64,000 bases of DNA, from NCBI GenBank assembly GCA_050246315.1, contig JBFWWG010000016.1, positions 18,193-82,192 on the forward strand, given 5' to 3'. Origin of the DNA: Nitrospiraceae bacterium. Its GTDB lineage: Bacteria; Nitrospirota; Nitrospiria; Nitrospirales; Nitrospiraceae. How positions within the stretch are numbered: position 1 is the stretch's first letter; each line of letters starts with the position of its first letter. Shown in pieces: positions 19,185 through 27,399 of the stretch. The notes beneath the pieces are model-generated. The model was not told the DNA's origin. It did not search any database and saw only the letters and a list, made by a program, of their open reading frames with translations. A program made the translations under genes and the position numbers.

Positions 19185-19483
19185 TCAAGTACCGTCTCGT
19201 TTCTGAACCGCAGGCCGATCTCGATATTGAGGCGACCTTCCACTGGTACGAGAACGAACAGTCAGGGTTGGGCTTGGAGTTTCTCGATGAGCTGCTTGCT
19301 ACCTACAACCGTATCGTCGAGGGTCCGCTGAAGTACCAAGAACTCAGGTCTGGTATCCGCCGGGCGCTGGTAAGACGCTTTCCGTATGCCGTCTACTTTG
19401 CCGTCGAAGGCAATGCCATTGTGGTGCTGGCCGTGCTCCACGCGAGCCGTGATCCAGCGGAGTGGCAGAGGCGGAGAGGCTAA
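19181..19483 (+). CDS. RelE/ParE family toxin
   Basis: AQ/QADLD..WYE...GLGLEFLDEL...RRFPYAVYF...VLAVLHASRDP. Confidence 0.88.
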   Translation: MIKYRLVSEPQADLDIEATFHWYENEQSGLGLEFLDELLATYNRIVEGPLKYQELRSGIRRALVRRFPYAVYFAVEGNAIVVLAVLHASRDPAEWQRRRG

Positions 19484-19544
19484 CTTTACGCTCAACTCGG
19501 ACGCGTGTAACACTAGCCTGTGCCGGTTAGCCCGAACGTTGCGG
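19478..19544 (+). other. Integron attC-like site
   Basis: GGCTAAC (contains the toxin stop codon) ... CAACTCGGAC/GCCGGTTAG inner arms ... GTTGCGG; a matching GTTAGGC lies at 18883-18889 upstream of the TA pair. Confidence 0.7.
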
Positions 19545-19753
19545 CCCTCACCGTCCCGCCGATGCTCTGTGGCGGCGGACCGCCTCGGCTCACGAATTTG
19601 CGGTGCCGGGTACCCGTTGCTCGTGGATGCAACGGGTGAACCGTGATTCGCGAAGCAGGCCGTCCCATCCACGCGCGAGCCCGTCCAGACACTGGAAGCC
19701 ATGATCTTCCTGGCGAGTGTTTGAAAGAAGAGGGTCAGGCATGAGTATTGACT

Positions 19754-19828
19754 TACGCCCACCTCAAAACCGACGCCTTGCGCGCCCTCAAGCAGTATAA
19801 GGAAGAGGTCGAGCAGGGGCAGTTTCCT
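19754..19828 (+). repeat. Diverged 75-bp duplicate of the panB 3' region (18470-18544)
   Basis: 67/75 identical; 7 of the 8 changes are synonymous third positions. Confidence 0.92.
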
Positions 19829-19833
19829 GCTAG

Positions 19834-19931
19834 GGAAGGTCTGATCAATTCAAAATTCTAGGCCGCGATCAGCCAGATTCCCCGTCTTTGGTACACCTAC
19901 CAATCGAATTTGGGAATTATTCAGACCTTCC
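19834..19931. mobile_element. 98-bp IS5-family-like MITE
   Basis: Terminal inverted repeats GGAAGGTCTGA(TC/AT)AATTC, with CTAG duplicated on both flanks. Confidence 0.8.
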
Positions 19932-20082
19932 CTAGATATGTCTGATATGGGGTCTGGCATGCGTATTGACTTATTGGTGGACGAGCTTCTGATCGCCGAA
20001 CGCCTGCCGTTGACCAACTCTCAACGGAAAGGAAAGTGCTGGTGTGATCAGTGCGCTTGAACAATGGTGCAGGGAATGAAGG

Positions 20083-20409
20083 TCAGACGATCCCGAGAAG
20101 GACGGCAAGGGAGCGGCCGACGCGGACCATCACATCGTGATCGAGCGAGCCGATGCGGGCGCCAATTGCGTCACGGGGAACGGTCACGATTTTGTTGATC
20201 ATGACCTGAGTGGGCTACTTGAGGCCGCTCTCCGGGTAGGCATCCACGGAAATGCGGAGAAGGGGCGCATCAACATTTTCGGTCGTCAGCAGAAAGTTCG
20301 TCACGCTCCCAAGGGCAGAGAAGAGATCGGTTTGCTGGATCAGGGCAGGCCGCAGCTGGCCGCTATAGTGGCCCTTGGCGGCCACGGCGACAATATCGCC
20401 GCGTTTCAT
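20083..20409 (-). pseudogene. MazF/PemK family toxin with an in-frame TAG
   Basis: MKRGDIV...RPALIQQTD...SGLK*PTQVMINKIVTVPRDAIGARIG; stop at 20215-20217. Confidence 0.85.
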
Positions 20410-20627
20410 CCGTTGTCCCAAGCGGCGACTTCCGAAGTGAAATCAAGCACGCGCTTCTCCTGCGGGGAACGGGCCGCCAGGCGCGCCTGGCGGCGGCATT
20501 CAGCCGAAAACCCGGTTGCGCGCGTATCAGGGATCCAGATCTGCACGGGACGCAGGCCATTGCGGCGCAACCGGCGTCGATAGCGGCTCTGCTTTTCCTT
20601 CGCGGTCAGAAGTGAATCAGTGGCCAT
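20406..20627 (-). CDS. MazE-like antitoxin (DUF3018 type)
   Basis: RRRLRRNGLRPVQIWIPDTR..GF..ECRRQARL. Confidence 0.85.
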   Translation of the reverse strand: MATDSLLTAKEKQSRYRRRLRRNGLRPVQIWIPDTRATGFSAECRRQARLAARSPQEKRVLDFTSEVAAWDNG

Positions 20628-21001
20628 AGAGCTTCCCTTTCCGTTGCTTCCCAATGAGAGGTTGCCAGATTCTCGCGTTACCTGTTATGGAGTCCTATCA
20701 GGTAGCGCGGTGACCATTTGGTCGTGAATGTTTGGAGATGCGGCGCACAAGATGTACCCAAACATGGAGTGCTTCTCTCATGCGAATTAGGCCGCGGGCC
20801 AATAGAGTGATAGGCTTCCGGGACGGCGAGGTTCTCGGAATGGACCAGGTTGACACCCTCTCGTATTTCCCAGACAATCCCGCAGGATTCGCGCTTCGAG
20901 ATAGGCAATCACACGAGAGAGGCCGCCAGGACGCGCAGCGCGATGGCGGCCCACGTGTAGTCCGTCGCTCTTTTAGGCTCAGTGAATTGATGACGGAAGG
21001 C

Positions 21002-21665
21002 ATGAGTATGCTGAATAGAATGATCCACGGCCTCGCTCGGAGCTTCGTCACCTTGGGGGTCGGCCGCGATGCTCGTCCTGATGGCAACTCCCTCTTGGAG
21101 AGCTTTCTCGTACGGTGTCACGCCCTGAACGCTCCACGTGTCTTAGAGCTGGGCACAAAACGCTCCATCGCTTCCCGCTCCACTCGACATGACACCTGGG
21201 TTCCCCATGCGAGCGAATATCTCGGCACCGATTTCGCCAGTGGACTTGATGTCGATATCGTTGCAGACGTGCATCGTCTTACGGCCGTCACCGGCGAAGA
21301 GCAGTTTGATATCATCATCTCCTGTTCTACTTTCGAACACTTCAAATATCCTCACCGAGCCGCTCATGAAGTCATGAAAGCGCTTCGCGTTGGTGGCCTG
21401 TTGTTCATTCAAACACACCAATCCTTTCCCCTTCACGCCCATCCCTATGACTACTTCCGCTTCTCGCGTGAGGCTTTGGCGGGGCTCTTCGGGACACAGA
21501 TGGGCTTTCGGGTCCTTGCGACGGATTATGAGTTTCCCGTGAAGCTCTGTTCACTGCGCGTGCCGAGTGCCGTAGGTCAACCATTCTTTTGTTAACGTCC
21601 GGTTGTTCGGTGATAAGCTCAGTCCAACTCCTCAGACGTTTATCTTCGAGGACGATACCGCCTGA
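21002..21665 (+). pseudogene. Class I SAM-dependent methyltransferase, apparently frameshifted near its 3' end
   Basis: VLELG, VDIVADVH, FDIIISCSTFEH, GGLLFI, HAHPYDYFRF; removing one T at about 21590 extends the frame to ...NVRLFGDKLSPTPQTFIFEDDTA*. Confidence 0.75.
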
Positions 21666-21685
21666 GATCTCCATTGTCGATGAGC

Positions 21686-21775
21686 GGCTAACAAGACTCT
21701 GATGCTGACTCTCGGAAGCGGGGTTTGGCGATTCTCTTGTCGCTCCTCGGCCGTAGCTTAGCGGCGGCGTCAGCC
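21686..21775 (+). other. Degenerate attC-like site
   Basis: GGCTAAC ... imperfect palindrome ... GTCAGCC (one mismatch to GTTAGCC), 20 bp after the methyltransferase stop. Confidence 0.6.
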
Positions 21776-22190
21776 ATTCCGGATGGATGGCCCTGCTAGG
21801 GGCAAGTCTGGCCATCATGCACTCGCCAGCTCGAAGCGCTTCAAATGGCCGCCGGAGTTACGGGGTGGAGCGCCTTTTCCAGTCCGCAGTCAATCGATGA
21901 TGCACAGATAAGACCGATCCCAAACGTGCAAATGAATTGGTATTGACGGTAGCCTACACAACACGCAATCTTGCGTCCCGGGCGACTCTCAACAGTGACT
22001 AGGGTCACGTAAGAAAAAGTTTGCCAAGTGGCCGCACCTCGCCCGTTCGCGATCCGGTTCTTTCACGAGTCTCATGGGACGGGCATGTCCGTGGACTATG
22101 ATATCAGTCACGTATGCGTGCTCGAGGGCACAGGATGAAATGGGACACCGGCCGCGCAATCAGATACTCGGGCCTGACTAAGCCTGCAGA

Positions 22191-22394
22191 CTAGCCCGCC
22201 ATGACCCAAGGGCGCTGACCGGTGATCCCCTTCGTCCCTGCCATCGGACGAAACGTGTCCTGGTTCTTCAACATCGCATGGAGAATCGTGAGGAGCGTCC
22301 GCATGCACGCTGTCCCCGCTAATTTCTTCCTCTTGCCCGCCTGTCAGGGCTGCAGGTAGAACACCCGACTCACCGGGTTCTTGCATGTCGCAGC
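22191..22394 (-). pseudogene. IS110-family transposase C-terminal remnant
   Basis: ATCKNPVSRVFYLQP*QAGKRKKLAGTACMRTLLTILHAMLK resembles the NP..FY.RL..GK.K..A..ACMRKLL.IL.AML tail of IS110 transposases. Confidence 0.75.
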
Positions 22395-22427
22395 GCTGTC
22401 AGTCAGGAACAAGAAAGGTCTGGCAGG

Positions 22428-22850
22428 TTATGCCCTCTGCGGCATGATGGTCGGGATCACTTGGCGGCGGTGCTTCCGGTAGGTTCGAAAGTCTCCGTCC
22501 AGGGTGAGGAGGCGGCACTTGGCGTGGCGTTCCGCCATCCGCACAAGACAGGCGTCAGCTAACGACATCGGGACATTGCCGTATCGGCCTAGAAGTTTGG
22601 CGACGGCCTGGGTGTTGCCTTCCAGGGCGAAGCCTACCTGAAGCACGCCGCGATCGAGCAGGTATACGACGGCCTGGCTGCCGCCGGGATGATTCCGGAG
22701 CAGATGGCAGGCTTCAGCCAGCACAGCCTCACACGTGAGGAGAGGCGGGCGCAGCCGGTCCCATTGATCCTTGGCTCATCCGTGATGTCGATCGGCCCGG
22801 TTCAGAAAGGCCACCAGCGGACCCGTGTCGAGGAGCAGGACCTCCCGCAC
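22428..22850 (-). pseudogene. PIN/VapC family toxin with an in-frame TGA
   Basis: LLDTGPLVAFLNRADRHHG*AK...TCEAVLAEACHLL...MSLADACLV...TLDGDF; stop at 22776-22778. Confidence 0.85.
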
Positions 22851-22854
22851 CGAG

Positions 22855-23094
22855 CTACCGTCCGAATCCGCGAAGATGGGTTTTGTTGGTCGAGAGATCG
22901 GCGGGACCGGTGACGCAGCCTGCGAGGTCTTTAGCGAGGTCGAGCGCTGAACCGACGACCCTCCCCCGTCACGGCTCAAGGCGGGCACGAATCGCCTCAC
23001 GCATGACGTCGGACTGGGTGGTTCCTCGCTGCTTGGCCGTCGCGAGGACACGGGCATAGAGCGCATCATCCAGCTTGAGGGAGAGGGTCTTCAT
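22855..23094 (-). pseudogene. CopG/RHH-type antitoxin with an in-frame TGA
   Basis: MKTLSLKLDDAL...QSDVMREAI...LEP*RG...DLAGCVTGPADLSTNKTHLRGFGR; stop at 22969-22971. Confidence 0.75.
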
Positions 23095-23394
23095 GGTTCG
23101 TGTCCTTGGGTGCGTCGTCGAAGCGTACTACGATAATGGCTAAATTGTATGACCACTGAGCGGCTGCGTCATGCCGCATGGCGTGACCAGGCATGAGAAA
23201 GGCTTGTCCGGCGAGGGCGCCTTTCCCCACCGAGGCCGCCGTGGCCGGGGCAGCGGATCTGAGAAGTCGAGCTCAGGTCCTGCATGGCAATGGAGTGAAG
23301 GAGGAAGCGGGTTCGTTGATTAGACGGTGCGGAATCGCATCTGCGCCACAGCCCATCACGAGGAGGGCCTCGGGCCGTGCGCGCGCGGCGTCGG

Positions 23395-24039
23395 CTACGC
23401 CGCTTCGTCTTTCACGCCCGTGGCTTGCCGGACAATCGTTCGAACCTGTTCCTGAATGTCGTCCACTACGGCTTTCATTCTGGCGTGATGCCAGAAGAGG
23501 GCGACGAGCAGCATGACCAAGAGCACGAGCATGACGCCTGCAATACGGATGGCCGGTTCGAGCCGCTCTTGCAAAGACGTGACCAGCGTCGTCCGGCTCC
23601 ATCCGACAAGGCCTGGTCCGTCGGAGATCGGCACGAACAGAATCGTCACCAGTTCCCCTCGCTCACCGGAAGCTGAGACCGCGGAGGAGGTTCGACCCGA
23701 CTTGGCGCCGCTCCACTCCGGTCCCTCGAACTGGCGTCCGATCATTCCGCGATCGGTGGCGGCGAGGATGCGGCCCTTGGCATCGGCAACTTCTGCAGAA
23801 GCCAGGTGTGGGGCAGGCACGAGGCGATCCAAGGCTTGCTGAAGGGCGGTGGGATCTTGCTTGAGCAAGGTCCGTGTGGTTTCGAGCAGTTGTGCAAAGC
23901 TCTCGCCGCGTTGTTGCAGACCGGCTACGAGCCCCTGATCCTCGTAATACAACAAGCATGTCGTCGCAGCCAGCACGAGCAGGATCGCGATGGTGCAGGG
24001 GCCTGTGACGGAGGGGTAGTTCGCCGCATTCTTTTTCAT
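23395..24039 (-). CDS. Two-TM membrane protein with a periplasmic sensor-like loop and no output domain
   Basis: Two hydrophobic helices; VADAKGRILAATD...IG Cache-like motif. Confidence 0.6.
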   Translation of the reverse strand: MKKNAANYPSVTGPCTIAILLVLAATTCLLYYEDQGLVAGLQQRGESFAQLLETTRTLLKQDPTALQQALDRLVPAPHLASAEVADAKGRILAATDRGMIGRQFEGPEWSGAKSGRTSSAVSASGERGELVTILFVPISDGPGLVGWSRTTLVTSLQERLEPAIRIAGVMLVLLVMLLVALFWHHARMKAVVDDIQEQVRTIVRQATGVKDEAA

Positions 24040-24252
24040 ATCGGAACTCCTCCGACGTTGATCCTTGGCTAGACGGTCGTCTCAGCGCTTCCGATAAACC
24101 TAACAGAAGAGGAATGAGTGTCAACGAATGGCCGCAAAGCGGCGGTCAGTCGAATCAGCGGAGAATGTGGGTTCTTCGCGGAAGAATCGTCACGATCGTT
24201 CCAGCGACGAAGCGAGCGCACGCGAATATGGGCACTGGATGTTTGAAGACGG

Positions 24253-25083
24253 CTAAGACGAGGTGTCGACCGGCATCCCGTCGGCGTCGCATCGGACTTG
24301 AAAGACCGCTCGATCCTCTAGGCGCAAGGCTGTGAGGGCTCGGCCCCAGACGCAGCCGCTGTCGAGTCCCAAAAATCGTGGCGTGAGGTGCAGGCCCAAT
24401 GCCGACCAGTGGCCGCAGACCAATGTCTCCCTGTCCTGCTCCCGCTGTTCGATTTCAAACCACGGTTTGAACCCGGGGGGAATGTCCTTCACTTCTCCCT
24501 TGAACGTGTGGTGAATTTCTCCGGCAGGGGTACAGATCCTTAATCGGGTCAAGGCGTCCGTGATCGTCTTCAAGCGGACCGAGCCGGTCAAGCTGTCCGA
24601 CCAGAGCCGTCGCTCCTGCGTGAAGAGGCTATGGAGCACCGACCGATACGCCGGACCGCGCAGGGCTTCCTCCACTTCTCTGGCCAGCGTCGCGGCCTCG
24701 GTGACCTGCCATTGCGGCAAGAGGCCGGCATGGACGAGGACGTGTTGCTGCTCCCGGTGTAGAAGCGGTCGATGCCGCAACCAATGAAGGAGCTCGTCAC
24801 GATCCGGAGCGGTGAGGACATCCTTGAAGGTGTCACGTGGGCGGAGAGGAAGGATTCCTTCGGCGACCGCCAGCAAATAGAGATCGTGGTTGCCCAGCAC
24901 CACCACGCTCCGGTCGCCGAGCTGCTTGACGTACCGGAGGACGGCCAAAGACTCCGAACCACGATTGACGAGGTCCCCGACGAACCAGAGCCGGTCGGTT
25001 TCCGGGCGCCATGGAACCCTGGCGAGGAGCTGCCGCAAAGCCGTATAGCAACCTTGAATATCTCCGAAGGCGTAAATGGCCAT
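24253..25083 (-). CDS. apaH: Symmetrical bis(5'-nucleosyl)-tetraphosphatase
   Basis: GDIQGC, GDLVNRG, LGNHD, VHAG, GHWSALG, LDSGCVWG. Confidence 0.95.
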   Translation of the reverse strand: MAIYAFGDIQGCYTALRQLLARVPWRPETDRLWFVGDLVNRGSESLAVLRYVKQLGDRSVVVLGNHDLYLLAVAEGILPLRPRDTFKDVLTAPDRDELLHWLRHRPLLHREQQHVLVHAGLLPQWQVTEAATLAREVEEALRGPAYRSVLHSLFTQERRLWSDSLTGSVRLKTITDALTRLRICTPAGEIHHTFKGEVKDIPPGFKPWFEIEQREQDRETLVCGHWSALGLHLTPRFLGLDSGCVWGRALTALRLEDRAVFQVRCDADGMPVDTSS

Positions 25084-25199
25084 GTGTCCTTAGTAGAAAG
25101 ACAATCGACAAAGCCTAGCGTCGCTGACGCCAATTTACAAGGTTGTGGAGCTTGAGCGGTGGTGAGCCGGACTCGCCTCGATGTGCCGTCTACTGTACA

Positions 25200-27371
25200 T
25201 TAGGCCGCCGGTCGATTGCGGACTTTCGGATCGGGTTTGTTGGTGAGCAGTTGGGTCATCTCCCGCGACGTCCTCGGAGGACTATAGAGAAAACCCTGCA
25301 CTTCTTCGCAGCCCGCCCGTTGCAGCGCCTCGAGCTGCGCCTGCGTTTCGACTCCTTCCGCAATGGCGCGACACCTCAAGCTGTGTGCCAACGTGATCAA
25401 CGCTGCGGTCAAGCCGGCCGATCCCTCCGTGGCGCTCGCATCCTGGATGAAGGAGTGGTCGATCTTTACGGCGTCCATCGGGAGGAGGCGCAGTTCCCGG
25501 AGCGAGGTGAACCCGGTTCCGAAATCGTCCAAGGCGATACGGACGCCCAGCGCCTTGAGGTGCTTGAGGACCTTCAGTGAGTGATCGAGGTCCCGCATGA
25601 TCATGCTCTCCGTCACCTCCAACTCAAGATACTCGGGGTGGCGTCCCATGTCCTGCACGGCAAGACTGATTGTTTCGACGAGTCCTGGATGCCGAAAATG
25701 AGCCGTTGACAGGTTTACGGCCACGCGAACGGGAGGCAAGCCGGCCTCTTGCCAGGTCTTCTGTTGACGACAGGCGGCCCCGATCACCCATTCACCGATC
25801 GCAATCGTCAACCCGGCCTCCTCGGCGCAGGCGAGGAATTGGGCCGGCCCGAGCAGCCCGCGCGTGGGATGGCGCCAGCGCAGAAAGGCCTCGACGCCTC
25901 TGATCGCCCATCGTTTGATGTCCACCTGGGGTTGATAGTGCAGCACGAATTCGTTCTGCTGGAGGGCGCGCCGTAAGTCGGCTTCCAGGCCCAGGCGCTC
26001 CGCCTGGTTGGTGCGCAACTCTTGGGTGAAATACACAAAGCGGGTGCCTCCTTTGGCCTTGGCGCTTTGGAGTGCGGCATCGGCCTGTTGGAGCAGTGTC
26101 GGGATATCATCGGCATCGGAGGGAAACACTGCGATGCCGAGGCTGGCCGAGAGGGTGATCTCTCTCTGTCCGATCAGGAACGGGCGTTGAATCGCGGCGA
26201 GCAGCCTGCGGGCCATTTTGGCGGCGTCGCGCGGCGCCCGAAGGTGGGGCATCAGGAGAGAAAAGGAATCGGCAACCAGACGGGCGAAGGTGTAGGAGGC
26301 GGGTTGATGATTGGCTCCGGCAAGGCTGTCGCCCCGTCTCACGCAATCCTGAAGGCGATCTGCCACGGCCTGGAGCACCTCGTCTCCGACTGTCAGACCC
26401 ATCGTCTCGTTGATTCGCCGGAAATGATCCAGGTTGAGCATCAACACCGCACCGGTCTCCCCGGTCTGCTGCGCCGACTCCACGGCCTGTCTTAGCCGTT
26501 CTTCAAACAGTAGGCGGTTCGGCAGATTGGTGAGCCGATCGTAAAAGGTGGAGAGAAACATCTGGGCTTCCGCGTTTCGCCGAACCGTGATGTCCTGGAT
26601 GGTGCCGGTGACGGTGAGGACGCGACCCTGGTCGTCGCAGGAGGGCGTGCCCCGTTCGGTCACGATTCGCTCTTCTCCGCCCGGCCGGACGATCCGGTAG
26701 TCCACTTCATAGTCTCGGCGCAACGCCAGGGCTTCCTCCAGGGATTGGCGGACCAATTCCTGGTCGTCCGGATGCACGTTCTGGAGATAGGCTTCAGGGG
26801 TCCAGTCCAACTGATCCGACGGAAACCCGAGAATTCGGCAGACCTCCTCGGACACCATGAATCGGTTGGTTCGAAGCGTCCAGGTCCAACTGCCGAGGTG
26901 GGCGAGGTGCTGGGCGCGAGCTAAGCCGGCCTGGCTCTCATGTAAGGCTTCCAGCACGCGACCGGTTCGAAGCATATACCGGACCCGATGACTGAGGATC
27001 ACAATCTGCCAGGGCTTGGCGATGAAGTCGGTCGCGCCCACTTCGTACGCCTTTTCGATGGACTCGAGGTCGTCGAGTCCGGTCATGATTAAGATGGGTG
27101 TGAGGGTTCCGCCCGGCAGGTGGCGGATGGCATGGCAGGCCTCGAAGCCGTCCATCACCGGCATGAGCACGTCCAGGAGCACGATGGCCGGGCGAATCTG
27201 TTTGAAGAGTCGGACGGCTTCCTGTCCGTCGGCGGCTTCCTCCACCTCGAGCCCGATCTGTTCGAGCACCTGGCGGGCCAACATCCTCATCGTCGCATCA
27301 TCGTCCACGATGAGGGCGATCGCCTGGGGATCGGATTGGTCGTCATTCATTGGGGTGACCTGTTCTTCCAC
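25200..27371 (-). CDS. REC-PAS-GGDEF(degenerate)-EAL protein, probably a c-di-GMP phosphodiesterase
   Basis: LLDVLMP receiver, PAS (VHPDD), RLVADSF in place of GGDEF, EAF, DDFGTG, EGVE. Confidence 0.9.
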   Translation of the reverse strand: MEEQVTPMNDDQSDPQAIALIVDDDATMRMLARQVLEQIGLEVEEAADGQEAVRLFKQIRPAIVLLDVLMPVMDGFEACHAIRHLPGGTLTPILIMTGLDDLESIEKAYEVGATDFIAKPWQIVILSHRVRYMLRTGRVLEALHESQAGLARAQHLAHLGSWTWTLRTNRFMVSEEVCRILGFPSDQLDWTPEAYLQNVHPDDQELVRQSLEEALALRRDYEVDYRIVRPGGEERIVTERGTPSCDDQGRVLTVTGTIQDITVRRNAEAQMFLSTFYDRLTNLPNRLLFEERLRQAVESAQQTGETGAVLMLNLDHFRRINETMGLTVGDEVLQAVADRLQDCVRRGDSLAGANHQPASYTFARLVADSFSLLMPHLRAPRDAAKMARRLLAAIQRPFLIGQREITLSASLGIAVFPSDADDIPTLLQQADAALQSAKAKGGTRFVYFTQELRTNQAERLGLEADLRRALQQNEFVLHYQPQVDIKRWAIRGVEAFLRWRHPTRGLLGPAQFLACAEEAGLTIAIGEWVIGAACRQQKTWQEAGLPPVRVAVNLSTAHFRHPGLVETISLAVQDMGRHPEYLELEVTESMIMRDLDHSLKVLKHLKALGVRIALDDFGTGFTSLRELRLLPMDAVKIDHSFIQDASATEGSAGLTAALITLAHSLRCRAIAEGVETQAQLEALQRAGCEEVQGFLYSPPRTSREMTQLLTNKPDPKVRNRPAA

Positions 27372-27399
27372 AGCAATCCTGGCGCTCCCGTGCGCCTGC

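Noticed and set aside
18470..19828. The panB duplicate as a DGR template/variable repeat pair
   Set aside because: Differences are synonymous third-position changes rather than adenine-specific, and no reverse transcriptase is present.
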